Shown: positions 1 through 8,873 of the stretch, in pieces
Layout: each line of letters opens with the position of its first letter
Numbering within the stretch: position 1 is the stretch's first letter
Assembly (NCBI GenBank): GCA_039029475.1
Contig: JBCCGB010000011.1
Span: 64,264 to 128,263 of the forward strand
Source: Pseudomonadota bacterium
GTDB taxonomy: Bacteria > Pseudomonadota > Alphaproteobacteria > Caulobacterales > Hyphomonadaceae
Length of the DNA stretch: 64,000 nt
Direction of reading: 5' to 3'
Translations under genes and position numbers: made by a program
Notes under the pieces: model-generated
Databases searched by the model: none
What the model saw: the letters and a program-made list of their open reading frames with translations, nothing else
Told to the model about the DNA's origin: nothing

Positions 1-2
1 TT

Positions 3-194
3 GAAGACAGTGTCACCATGCCGATACAGGTCAATGGCAAGCGTCGGGCAGAGATTTCGGTCTCCAAGACTGCCAGCAAGGATGACATTGAAGCCACAGC
101 GCTGGCAGAACCAGCGCTGCAGAACTTCATCGCTGACAAAACCATCAAGAAAGTGATTGTGGTTCCCGGGCGGATCGTGAATATCGTCGTGTGA
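3..194 (+). CDS. leuS: Leucyl-tRNA synthetase, C-terminal fragment (gene starts before the window)
   Basis: Manual translation from base 3: [20 protein letters not shown]...[18 protein letters not shown], the LeuRS C-terminal domain signature (QVNGK...[11 protein letters not shown]). The TGA overlaps the ATG of lptE, and leuS-lptE-holA is conserved synteny. Confidence 0.93.
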   Translation, partial: EDSVTMPIQVNGKRRAEISVSKTASKDDIEATALAEPALQNFIADKTIKKVIVVPGRIVNIVV

Positions 195-658
195 TGAAAC
201 AACTGGCAATCGCTCTTCTGGTCCTGACCCTGTCTGCATGTGGATTTACGCCGCTTTATGCAGGCGGCGCTGGCGCCGGGAATATCAATGTAGAGACGAT
301 TGAAGGTCGCTCCGGTCACGCCTTGCGCAAAGCGCTCTTGCAGGAGCTGGCGCCCGGATTGCCGGGGCTGGAAGGGTCGGCCAGCCTGAACATTGTGCTG
401 GATGAAACGATTGGCCGTCTGGCGCTGCGCCCCGATGAATCGGCGACTCGAACAGATATCATTGTCAGCGCGGATTATGTGCTGGCCTTTGACGGAAATG
501 CGATATCCGGCAGCTCTGCAGCAGAGACCAGCTTCCTCGTTCCCGATGCGCCATTCTCGGATATTGCGGCTCAAATCGATGCCAGTGACCGGGCCATGTT
601 GATTCTGGCGCGCCGGATCGCCGATGATTTGCGCATTCAAATGGCCAATGCCGAATGA
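194..658 (+). CDS. lptE: LPS-assembly lipoprotein LptE
   Basis: Lipobox LSAC followed by GFTPLY; lies between leuS and holA; ATG at 194 overlaps the leuS stop (track GTG start at 191). Confidence 0.85.
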   Translation: MKQLAIALLVLTLSACGFTPLYAGGAGAGNINVETIEGRSGHALRKALLQELAPGLPGLEGSASLNIVLDETIGRLALRPDESATRTDIIVSADYVLAFDGNAISGSSAAETSFLVPDAPFSDIAAQIDASDRAMLILARRIADDLRIQMANAE

Positions 659-1686
659 AGTTTCAGGGCAATAGCGCTGAACGATTTGCCAAGAAGCCTG
701 ATCCTGCGTGCTCGTTTGTGCTGATTTTTGGCGAAGATGAAGGCGTGGTTGCGGACCAGGCTGTTCTCCTGATCAAAGCCTGGGAAAAAGCCGCGCCGAG
801 CACCGTTCTGACGCTGGATGATGATGATTTAAAGCGCGAACCCGCGCGCCTATTTGATGCCCTGGAGGCGGTCTCGCTTCTGGGTGAAACAACCATAATT
901 CGCATTCGAACCAAGGGTGAAAAACTGTTTGCGATCATCAAGGATGTGCTGGCCTTACCGCCGGATCGGGTCGCTGCGAAACTGGTCATTCAAAGCGGCA
1001 GCTTGAACACGCGATCGAAGATGAGAACCGCGTTTGAAGCCGCGCCCAATGCCGCGGCCTTGCATCTGTTTTCTGACTCTGCCGCTGATTTGTCTGATCT
1101 GGTGCGCAGCTATCTGCAATCGCGCGCGGTCGACATTGATGGCGATGCGCTGTCGGTCTTTGTCGGCGGGTTGCCGGGACATCGCAGCCTGGCGAATGCC
1201 GAAATGGAGAAACTGGCAACCTATGCCCACAATCTCGGGCGCCCGGTGAGCCAACAGGATGTGCGTGATTTATGCGAAACCAATGCCGATGAAAGCGCCC
1301 GCAATGCGGTGTTGATGGCCTTAAGCGGTGACATTGAGCGCGCGCAGGCGGAACTTGATCGCGTGGTCGATACTGGCTTGTCTCCGATCAGTCTGGTTCG
1401 TCTGTTCGAGATGGAAGCCAGCCGCATGTTGGAGGCACAGGCGCTGCAAGGCGAAGGCGGCGCAAGCAATGTCGGCATGAAATTGAAGCCACCGGTCTGG
1501 AAATCCGACTGGCCGGCGTTTCAGGCCCGTTTGAAGAAATGGCCGACGCCGCGGCTCACGCGCCTGATCGAGCGCTTGCACGATCTTGAATTGATGGCGA
1601 AATCGCCAGGCGGGGCGGGGCTAGCAGAGCCCGCGACGCGCGAATTGTTCATTTCACTCTACAAGGCCGCAGCCGCTGTTCGTTAG
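655..1686 (+). CDS. holA: DNA polymerase III subunit delta
   Basis: 343 aa with LIFGEDEG near the N-terminus and EMEKLATY; follows lptE with an ATGA overlap. Confidence 0.9.
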   Translation: MKFQGNSAERFAKKPDPACSFVLIFGEDEGVVADQAVLLIKAWEKAAPSTVLTLDDDDLKREPARLFDALEAVSLLGETTIIRIRTKGEKLFAIIKDVLALPPDRVAAKLVIQSGSLNTRSKMRTAFEAAPNAAALHLFSDSAADLSDLVRSYLQSRAVDIDGDALSVFVGGLPGHRSLANAEMEKLATYAHNLGRPVSQQDVRDLCETNADESARNAVLMALSGDIERAQAELDRVVDTGLSPISLVRLFEMEASRMLEAQALQGEGGASNVGMKLKPPVWKSDWPAFQARLKKWPTPRLTRLIERLHDLELMAKSPGGAGLAEPATRELFISLYKAAAAVR

Positions 1687-1754
1687 TCAATCACGAAGGA
1701 ATGACTGGAAGTTTTTTTCCGGCTTTGTCATGGAGAATGAGGAGGCTGTGAGTC

Positions 1755-2513
1755 ATGCTATCGTCTAAACCGCTTTTTCTGGTCATCGTGTTGGCCCAGT
1801 TTCTTGTGCCGGCGCTGCCGCAATTCGGAATTGGCGCCAGCATTGGTGAGCGCGCCGTGGCGGATGGGATTCCGCCTGAATTGCCGATAGGTGTGTTCTT
1901 CTCGATCTGGGGCATCATATTTCTGGGCCTGGTGCTGACCGCGATTTTACATTGGCGTGATGAAACGCATGCCAGTGCGCGGATTGCCCCGCCGCTTATG
2001 CTGGCGGCACTGGGCAATCTTGTCTGGATGGTCTGCGCGCAATCTCTTGGCCTGGTGTGGCTCGATTTTCTGCTTCTGTTGCCGATCGCGTTTTTCACCT
2101 GGGAAGCGGCGTATCGACTCGACCGGACCGAGACGTATGACGGCACGCCGCGTAGCATTCTGCACGGCTTGACGGTCGGTCTGTTTGCCGGATGGCTGAC
2201 CGTTGCGGTGTCGATCAGTGTCCCGGATCTCGGGCGCTGGTTGTTGGCCCGCGGGGTCAGCGACATGGTCTGGCAGTCGTTATGGATGGCACTGGTGCCG
2301 GCGACCGTGCTCGCCTTTGTGTTCGCCAATTATGTCAGCCGCAATGGCTGGTATTTTGTCGCCCTTGCCTGGGGCTTGTTTGGCATCATGGTGAACAATT
2401 GGGCGCGGCTCGGCACGCATGCGTTGGCCATCGCAACCGCGATTATCGGATTATATATTCTGCTGAGACGTATGCGCTTTGGCGCCCGCGGCAGCTATCC
2501 GGACAAGTCCTGA
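1755..2513 (+). CDS. TspO/MBR-like tryptophan-rich multi-pass membrane protein
   Basis: PIGVFFSIWGIIF resembles the TspO 'P..FsiWg.iy' segment, followed by ALGNLVWM; about 7 hydrophobic Trp-rich helices; GGAGG RBS upstream. Confidence 0.6.
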   Translation: MLSSKPLFLVIVLAQFLVPALPQFGIGASIGERAVADGIPPELPIGVFFSIWGIIFLGLVLTAILHWRDETHASARIAPPLMLAALGNLVWMVCAQSLGLVWLDFLLLLPIAFFTWEAAYRLDRTETYDGTPRSILHGLTVGLFAGWLTVAVSISVPDLGRWLLARGVSDMVWQSLWMALVPATVLAFVFANYVSRNGWYFVALAWGLFGIMVNNWARLGTHALAIATAIIGLYILLRRMRFGARGSYPDKS

Positions 2514-5500
2514 GAGCGTTGATTCAAGGCGTCCACCAAGGGTGCCTCGATGGTGCCAGTTGTGGCCAGCCCATTATCCGCCTGAAATGCACGGATCGCG
2601 GTGCGGGTGCCGGCGCCCGCAAGACCATCAGCCGGACCCGCATCATAGCCGAGCCCATTCAGGACGGTCTGCACGGCTTGGACCTGTGCGCGGCTGGCAC
2701 GATCCCAGGCTTGCTGCCCGAATTCGCCATTCGCTGCCGCGTCGGGCGTCGAAATTGTCCAGCTTGATGCGCGTCGGAGCGCCTGCTGTGCTTGCTCTAG
2801 CGGCAGAGCTCCCCGCAACGTGGTGACATTGCCGGGCGCGCTCGCATCACCACTTGCGGCGGCGATTTCGTACCAATACAGCGCTTCAACCTGGCTCGGC
2901 GAAATGCCAAGGCCATTCTCATACAAAACGGCGAGATTGTACTGACTGTCGACGACGCCAAAATCTGCTGCCTTGCGCGACCATTCTGCTGCTGCCGCGT
3001 AAGACTGCGCGCCGCCTTCGCCATCCGCGAAGAAGACCGCCAGGTCATGCATCGCTTTGACATTGCCGCCGGTCGCGGCGCGTTCGGTCCATGCGCGGGC
3101 TTCTGTCATGTCGCGTGGCACGCCGAGCCCACGTTCATGCAGTTTCGCCAGGCGATATTGTGCCGCCGGAAGACCTTGCTGTGCTGCAGCACTGATCAGC
3201 TCAGATGCTGCGGCATAGTCTTGCGCTTCCAGGCGTTCGATGCCGAGTTTGAATTGGGCAATCGCATTGCCGCCAGCAGCCGCTTGTTGCAGCGTCACAG
3301 CATCCGGAATGATCGGCAGAGCGACCGCGGGCGCAGGCGCCTGAACGGTCGGGGCCGGATCAACCGGGTCCGGCTCAGCCATGCCCGCGACGCTGCCTTC
3401 TTCTTCGAACAGGGTTTCATCCAGCGCCGGCGAATCGGCTTCTGAGAACTCAATGCCAGTCAAACTTGGTTCGTCGCTGGCGGTCGGCGCTTCAATACCG
3501 GCAGCAGCGAGTGTGGTTTTGGTTTCGATGTTCGGCGCATTGGCGTCCGTGAAGGGGATTTTACCGCGCAATGCGACCCAGGCGCCAGCGCCGGCTGCAG
3601 AGAGAGCGAGCACGGAAGCGGCGGCCAGGATCGGGAATTTGCTGCTGCGAGATTTTGGCGTGGTCGAAGCCGCTGATCGGCGACCACGGCGGGATTTCGC
3701 ATCTGTCTTGGGGTCCGTTGCTGCGGCGATCGCGGCATTGCGGGCACGGCTCAGATAATCTGCAGTCTCTTCCTCAGCCTCCGGTTCGGCATCCATGTCC
3801 GCATTCGGATCGAATTCGCTGTCAGGGGCCGCGGCGGCATCGACCAAATCGTCGGTATTATGCGCGAGATCGACATCATCCAGGGTCGGCAAAAGATCCG
3901 GCATGTCGTCCGACACATCGTCGGCAACGTCCTCGAGGAGGTCGTCATCGGATGAGAAAATGTCGGAATCGCGTGCTTCCGTTTGCGAGTCGTCCCAGCT
4001 GCCGAGCTCAGCCAGCGGATCGGTTTCGGATGCGTCCGTATCGGTCTCTGCGTCGAGCAGGAAGTCATCAGTGCTGTTTTCTTCTTGCGTCGTCTCTTCG
4101 AAATAGTCTTGCGGGACGTCGGTGGTCTGCCACTCTTCGTCCATCGGATCCGCTTCAGCCTGGATCGGTGCAGGCGTGTCCGGCGCTTCATCAAAATCGG
4201 GCAGGGCGGAAATGAAATCCGCTTCCTCCGGCTCTAACGCGGCCGGTTCCGGGGTGTCCTCCACAGGCTCTGCAGCCTGTTCGACAGCTTCGAAAACTTC
4301 GGTTTCCAAGGCGACCGCAGCGTCTTCGGGTGCCGCAGCAATATCATCCTCAACCTCTTCCGGCGCGGTTTCAGAAAGCGCGGGCGCGGCGATTTCGATT
4401 GGCGTGGAATCGACTTCGAGCTCCGGCATATCCGGAAGCGAGTCGGCCGGCGCAGGATCGGCCATAGGCGGGGCCGTGAAATCTTCGAGGGCTTCCAAGC
4501 GAGAGGCCAGAGAGACAATGGCACGCTGCACAGGGGAGACGGCGGTCGCGGTCTGGGTCTGCATGTCCGACAGCCGCCCCGAAATGTTCGACAAGGCATC
4601 AGACAGGCGTGCTTCCTGCCGGGATTCAGAGCCAGCAACCGATTCTGCAAGCTCGCGTTGGCTTTGCTCCTGGCGGGCTTGAACATGTTTGATGGCGGTG
4701 GCGACTTGCTGACCGACTTGTTCGATCGCGCCAGCACTGCGCCGTTCGCTATCGGCAATGCGCTTGGCAAATGAGTCTGCGAGTCCGTCAACTTGTTGGC
4801 CGACCTGGTCGATGGCTACCGCATTGCGTTGTTCGCCTTCGGCGACGCGTTGATGCAGGGACTCTGACAGGCCAACAACCTGCTCACCGACTTTTTCGAT
4901 CGCTGCAGCGCTTCGCGTTTCGCTTTCCTCGACATGGCGCACCAGCGTTGAGGACAGATGATTGAGTTGCGAGTCGACACTGTCGAGCTGGGCTTGGGTT
5001 TCTGCCGCCTCGAGCGCGTTGACGCGGGTTTCAAGCGTCCCCATCAGCTCTGGATTATTGCCCGCGACGGCGCGCTCAATCTCATCCGCCAGATGCTGAC
5101 GTGATTGTTCGACACTGATGCGCAGATCATTAGCGAGAGAATCAAATCGCTGCTCGAGCTCCTGACGCAAAGCGTCTGTGCGTTCCGGGCTGGCCAGGTC
5201 TGAGATGTGATTGATGCGCTGATCAAGACTGGCAAACGTCGTTTCCAGCGCTTTCAGCGCCGTGTCCGTCGTCTGTTCCGCGCGATTCAGGCGTTCTTGT
5301 ATGCGTAGAACTGTGCCTTCAATCGAATTGATGGCACCAGACACGTCGCCTTCGACGGATGCCATCCGGCCATCGACTTCATCCACTTTGGCCAGCTTCG
5401 TGGCGACAGAGGATTCCATATTCGAAACGCGCTCGGACAGATGTCGCGACGTCCCTTCGGCGCGCAGTTCAGCCTGTTCAACCGCTTTTTCGACTCGCTG

Positions 5501-6160
5501 CGCAGCTTCCGCCAAAGTTGATTCAACTTTCAGCTCCATGCCTTCGACGCGGTCATTAATGTCCGTAAAGCCAGCTTCGACGCGACCCTTCATGGCCGAC
5601 GATTCGTCCTGGTTCAGACGCCCTTCTTCATAGACATGCGAGGCGAGCTTGCCGAGCGCATCTTCGAGCGACTTCATCGCCTCGAGGCTGCGGCGACCGC
5701 TTTCATCAGATTCCAGCGCACCCACTTTATCGTGCAGCATTTCATGGGTTTCGCGCAATTCATCAATCATGCGCTCAACTTCTGCGGTCATTGCGGAAGT
5801 TGAGTTCTCTGTGCTTTCAAGGCGCGTCAGCAATCCGAGTACCGACTGGTCAATGCCGGTAATCGCTAATGTTGAGCGAGCTTCGACGGCTTCGATACGC
5901 TGCGCCAGCCCATCAAGTGCTCTGGTTCGCATCGGGTCTGCATAGGCGGGATCTGCATAAGCGGGGTCGGAATAAACGTGTGGTTGTACAGCGTCAGGCC
6001 GTCGCGACATGTCTCGCGGGCCCGCTTCGCTATGACCCTCAAGCAGGAGGTTGTTGATATAATCACCGAGTGTAATGCCCTTCAGGCGGGCCTTTTCCTT
6101 AGCGATCGCGCGGGCACGATCGTCTACCCCTTTTACACTCCAGGACCCATACTGGCTCAT
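2495..6160 (-). CDS. podJ: Polar organelle development protein PodJ (coiled coil, acidic disordered region, TM, Sel1 repeats, peptidoglycan-binding domain)
   Basis: N-terminal WSVKGVDDRARAIAKEKARLKGITLGDYIN; long coiled coil; TM FPILAAASVLALSAAGAGAWVAL; Sel1 repeats (AQYRLAKLHERGLGV, AMHDLAVFFADG, SQYNLAVLYENGLG); C-terminal GYDAGPADGLAGAGTRTAIRAFQ. ATG at 6160 has a GGAG RBS. Confidence 0.9.
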   Translation of the reverse strand: MSQYGSWSVKGVDDRARAIAKEKARLKGITLGDYINNLLLEGHSEAGPRDMSRRPDAVQPHVYSDPAYADPAYADPMRTRALDGLAQRIEAVEARSTLAITGIDQSVLGLLTRLESTENSTSAMTAEVERMIDELRETHEMLHDKVGALESDESGRRSLEAMKSLEDALGKLASHVYEEGRLNQDESSAMKGRVEAGFTDINDRVEGMELKVESTLAEAAQRVEKAVEQAELRAEGTSRHLSERVSNMESSVATKLAKVDEVDGRMASVEGDVSGAINSIEGTVLRIQERLNRAEQTTDTALKALETTFASLDQRINHISDLASPERTDALRQELEQRFDSLANDLRISVEQSRQHLADEIERAVAGNNPELMGTLETRVNALEAAETQAQLDSVDSQLNHLSSTLVRHVEESETRSAAAIEKVGEQVVGLSESLHQRVAEGEQRNAVAIDQVGQQVDGLADSFAKRIADSERRSAGAIEQVGQQVATAIKHVQARQEQSQRELAESVAGSESRQEARLSDALSNISGRLSDMQTQTATAVSPVQRAIVSLASRLEALEDFTAPPMADPAPADSLPDMPELEVDSTPIEIAAPALSETAPEEVEDDIAAAPEDAAVALETEVFEAVEQAAEPVEDTPEPAALEPEEADFISALPDFDEAPDTPAPIQAEADPMDEEWQTTDVPQDYFEETTQEENSTDDFLLDAETDTDASETDPLAELGSWDDSQTEARDSDIFSSDDDLLEDVADDVSDDMPDLLPTLDDVDLAHNTDDLVDAAAAPDSEFDPNADMDAEPEAEEETADYLSRARNAAIAAATDPKTDAKSRRGRRSAASTTPKSRSSKFPILAAASVLALSAAGAGAWVALRGKIPFTDANAPNIETKTTLAAAGIEAPTASDEPSLTGIEFSEADSPALDETLFEEEGSVAGMAEPDPVDPAPTVQAPAPAVALPIIPDAVTLQQAAAGGNAIAQFKLGIERLEAQDYAAASELISAAAQQGLPAAQYRLAKLHERGLGVPRDMTEARAWTERAATGGNVKAMHDLAVFFADGEGGAQSYAAAAEWSRKAADFGVVDSQYNLAVLYENGLGISPSQVEALYWYEIAAASGDASAPGNVTTLRGALPLEQAQQALRRASSWTISTPDAAANGEFGQQAWDRASRAQVQAVQTVLNGLGYDAGPADGLAGAGTRTAIRAFQADNGLATTGTIEAPLVDALNQRSQDLSG

Positions 6161-6186
6161 GCCCGGCACTCCAAATGCGGGCGCAC

Positions 6187-6193
6187 TGATTCG
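6187..6193. promoter_or_regulatory. GANTC (CcrM) site in YGAKTCK context upstream of podJ, a possible GcrA site
   Basis: TGATTCG at 6187-6193, 27 bp upstream of the podJ ATG. Confidence 0.5.
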
Positions 6194-6244
6194 GAAAAGT
6201 GCGCCGATTTACCTATTTCTAGTCGTGAAATGAAGCGAATGGCC

Positions 6245-6259
6245 TTAATTCCGGGTTAA
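6245..6259. promoter_or_regulatory. CtrA box (TTAA-N7-TTAA) in the podJ promoter region
   Basis: TTAA-ttccggg-TTAA is an exact full-site match; Caulobacter podJ is a known CtrA target. Confidence 0.8.
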
Positions 6260-6325
6260 AAAGGTAAACAGATCACTCCGATTTCGAAAGCTTTGTTCAT
6301 ATCCTTGATGTGACGGGGCGAGAGG

Positions 6326-6360
6326 GTGACGTTGACGTTCGCGTAAAGACGAGGCATAGT
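6326..6360 (+). promoter_or_regulatory. liuR promoter with overlapping LiuR-type boxes
   Basis: TTGACGTTCGCGTAAA at 6332-6347 plus a copy offset by 6 bp, GTGACGTTGACGTTCG, at 6326-6341. TTGACG (-35), 17 nt and CATAGT (-10, 6355-6360) would place +1 near the ATG at 6368 (leaderless). Confidence 0.75.
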
Positions 6361-6367
6361 TGTGCAC

Positions 6368-6847
6368 ATGCCTGATACCGTAACTTCACTTTCTATCGCT
6401 GACTCTCGGACCTACTCCATCTCGGAGCTCGCTCGTGAGTTTGGAATCACCCCCCGCGCGCTGCGCTTTTACGAAGACAAGGATATGCTCCACCCGGCCC
6501 GGGATGGCATGACCCGTGTCTATTCGCATCGCGATCGCGGCCGCGTTAAGATCATCGTGCGTCTGAAGCGTCTCGGTTTGCCGCTCGCTGACATTCGAGA
6601 AATTCTCGATCTTTATGGTCTGGAGGATGGGCAGCGCGCCCAGATGCGCATGTCTCTGGTCAAGTTCCAGAACCAGATCAAGGAACTGGAAAGCCAACGC
6701 GAAGACATCGAAATGGCGCTGCAAGAACTGCACAATGGCATTGAATGGCTGGAAGGCCAGCTCGAAAAGATTGGCCCTGGTGCGGCAGAAGCAGAAAGTC
6801 TGAAAGCCTATGACGCTGTCGCTCGCCGCCAGCTGGATGACGCGTGA
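6368..6847 (+). CDS. liuR: MerR-family transcriptional regulator, LiuR type
   Basis: YSISELAREFGITPRALRFYEDKDMLHPARDGMTRVYS MerR HTH; heads an acyl-CoA catabolic cluster and carries its own palindromic box (track GTG start at 6362). Confidence 0.75.
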   Translation: MPDTVTSLSIADSRTYSISELAREFGITPRALRFYEDKDMLHPARDGMTRVYSHRDRGRVKIIVRLKRLGLPLADIREILDLYGLEDGQRAQMRMSLVKFQNQIKELESQREDIEMALQELHNGIEWLEGQLEKIGPGAAEAESLKAYDAVARRQLDDA

Positions 6848-6887
6848 TTAAACACAGTTCGACCCGTGAGAGTTGAATGACCTTTCC

Positions 6888-6919
6888 AAACCGTGACGCT
6901 AGAGCAAGCGTCACGGTTT
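6888..6919. terminator. Perfect 13-bp stem-loop between liuR and the first acyl-CoA dehydrogenase
   Basis: AAACCGTGACGCT-agagca-AGCGTCACGGTTT; the U-tract is short, so it may be a terminator or an RNA-processing/stability hairpin. Confidence 0.55.
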
Positions 6920-6945
6920 AATAAATATGACTGAGGGAAAACCAG

Positions 6946-8727
6946 ATGCCACGTTATGATGCACCTGTCCGTGATATGCAGTTCATCCTGCATGACGTTC
7001 TGTCGATTCAGAACTATTCCAACCTGCCTGGGTTTGAGGACGCAACGCCAGATCTGGTCGATGCGATTCTCGAAGAATCGGGAAAGTTTGCAAAAGAGAT
7101 TTTGTTTCCGCTCAACAAAGTGGGCGATCAACAAGGCTGTGTGCGCAACGCCGATGCCAGTGTGAAGACGCCAGACGGCTTTAAAGAAGCCTATGCTCAA
7201 ATGGTCGACAATGGCTGGCTACTGCTGGGAAAATCGCCAGAAATGGGCGGTCAGGGGCTGCCTTATGTCGTCAACATGGCAACCCAAGAGATGAACTCGT
7301 CCGCGAACATGGCCTTTGCCATGTATCCCGGCCTGACCTCTGGCGCTTTCGAAGCGTTGATGGCGGGTGGCTCGGAAGAGCAGAAAGCCAAATACGGTCC
7401 GAACATGGCCTCCGGCAAATGGGCCGGGACAATGAACTTGACCGAGCCACAATGCGGCACAGATCTCGGCCTGATCAAGACCAAAGCGGTGCCCCAGCCG
7501 GACGGTTCATACAAAATCACCGGTCAGAAGATCTGGATCTCCGGTGGCGAGCAGGATCTCACAGAGAACATCATCCACCTGGTATTGGCCCGCATTGAAG
7601 GCGGACCGGAGGGGATTAAGGGCATCTCGCTCTTTGTTGTTCCAAAATTCATCGTCAATGAAGATGGCACACCGGGTGAACGCAATGCCGCTTCGTGCGG
7701 TGGCCTGGAAGAGAAAATGGGCATTCACGGCAATGCCACGTGCGTGATGAATTATGACGGCGCCACGGGCTGGCTGGTCGGCGAGGAGCATAAAGGCATG
7801 CGCACCATGTTCGTGATGATGAACGAGGCGCGCCTCGGCGTCGGAATGCAGGGGCTGGCGCAAGCTGAGATCGCGTATCAGAACGCCGTCGATTTTGCCA
7901 ATGATCGCGTGCAGGGCCGCTCTCTGACCGGGGCAAAAGCGCCGGATCAACCCGCCGATCCGGTCATCGTCCACCCGGATGTTCGTCGCATGCTGATGGA
8001 CCAGAAAGCGTTCATCGAAGGCGCGCGCGCCTTCACATTCTGGACCGCGTTGCATGGTGACCTGCATCACAAATCGCAAGATGAGAAAGTGCGTGAAAAG
8101 TCCGGAGACTATATGGCGCTCCTGACACCGGTCATCAAAGCTTTCCTGACCGATCGCGGTTTCAAGATGGCGAACGAAGCGCTGCAAATTCATGGTGGCT
8201 CTGGCTTCACGCAGGAATGGGGTCTGGAACAATATGTGCGCGATTGCCGGATCACGCTGATCTATGAAGGCACGAATGGCATTCAGGCGCTCGACCTGGT
8301 GGGCCGCAAACTGGCCTCGAATGGCGGCCGCGCCGTGTTCAGTTTCTTCGCCGAAATTGACGATTTTGTTGGCACCCATGAAGGCAATGCGGATCTCGAG
8401 CCGTTCCTGGACGGGCTGAAATCAGCCAAGGCACAATTGCAGGATGGCACCACGTGGCTGATGCAGAACGGCATGACCGATTTCAACAATGCTGGCGCCG
8501 CATCGACGGATTATCTGCAATTGTTCGGCCTGACAGCGCTCGCTTATATGTGGGCGCAGATGGCGAAGGTGGCGCTTGAAAAGCAGGGCGACGATCCGTT
8601 CTACGATGACAAGCTCATCACCGGGAAATATTATATGTCACGCATTCTGCCGGAAACCACATCGCATCTGGCCAAGCTGAAGACCGGGGCCGAGCTGATG
8701 ATGGCTTTGCCAGCGGATCGCTTCTAG
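6946..8727 (+). CDS. Acyl-CoA dehydrogenase, ~590-aa class (DmdC/FadE5-like)
   Basis: MPRYDAPVRDMQFIL; GTMNLTEPQCGTDLG; KITGQKIWISGGE; QIHGGSGF; RITLIYEGTNGIQALDL. Confidence 0.92.
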   Translation: MPRYDAPVRDMQFILHDVLSIQNYSNLPGFEDATPDLVDAILEESGKFAKEILFPLNKVGDQQGCVRNADASVKTPDGFKEAYAQMVDNGWLLLGKSPEMGGQGLPYVVNMATQEMNSSANMAFAMYPGLTSGAFEALMAGGSEEQKAKYGPNMASGKWAGTMNLTEPQCGTDLGLIKTKAVPQPDGSYKITGQKIWISGGEQDLTENIIHLVLARIEGGPEGIKGISLFVVPKFIVNEDGTPGERNAASCGGLEEKMGIHGNATCVMNYDGATGWLVGEEHKGMRTMFVMMNEARLGVGMQGLAQAEIAYQNAVDFANDRVQGRSLTGAKAPDQPADPVIVHPDVRRMLMDQKAFIEGARAFTFWTALHGDLHHKSQDEKVREKSGDYMALLTPVIKAFLTDRGFKMANEALQIHGGSGFTQEWGLEQYVRDCRITLIYEGTNGIQALDLVGRKLASNGGRAVFSFFAEIDDFVGTHEGNADLEPFLDGLKSAKAQLQDGTTWLMQNGMTDFNNAGAASTDYLQLFGLTALAYMWAQMAKVALEKQGDDPFYDDKLITGKYYMSRILPETTSHLAKLKTGAELMMALPADRF

Positions 8728-8742
8728 CCTGCGCGCCAAACC

Positions 8743-8772
8743 ACCCGGCCAATCCGCATGGATTGGCCGGGT
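8743..8772 (+). terminator. 13-bp stem-loop after the first acyl-CoA dehydrogenase
   Basis: ACCCGGCCAATCC-gcat-GGATTGGCCGGGT, perfect inverted repeat 16 nt after the stop. Confidence 0.65.
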
Positions 8773-8828
8773 TCACTTGCAACCTCCCGTTACGTCACGA
8801 CTGGCCAAAACCCGTTTTTCGCCCTATG

Positions 8829-8850
8829 TTGACGTGAACGTAAACGTCAT
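8829..8850. promoter_or_regulatory. LiuR-type box pair upstream of the second acyl-CoA dehydrogenase
   Basis: TTGACGTGAACGTAAA (8829-8844) and a copy shifted by 6 bp, TGAACGTAAACGTCAT (8835-8850). Confidence 0.8.
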
Positions 8851-8873
8851 AATGCCACTCACGGAGTATACTC

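Noticed and set aside
5930-5975. 15-nt tandem repeat in podJ (DPAYA-DPAYA-DP)
   Set aside because: Two imperfect in-frame copies in a low-complexity linker; not a CRISPR or contingency locus.
6946-8727. Calling the large acyl-CoA dehydrogenase dmdC (DMSP demethylation)
   Set aside because: Family resemblance only; no other dmd genes are in the window and the context is general beta-oxidation.
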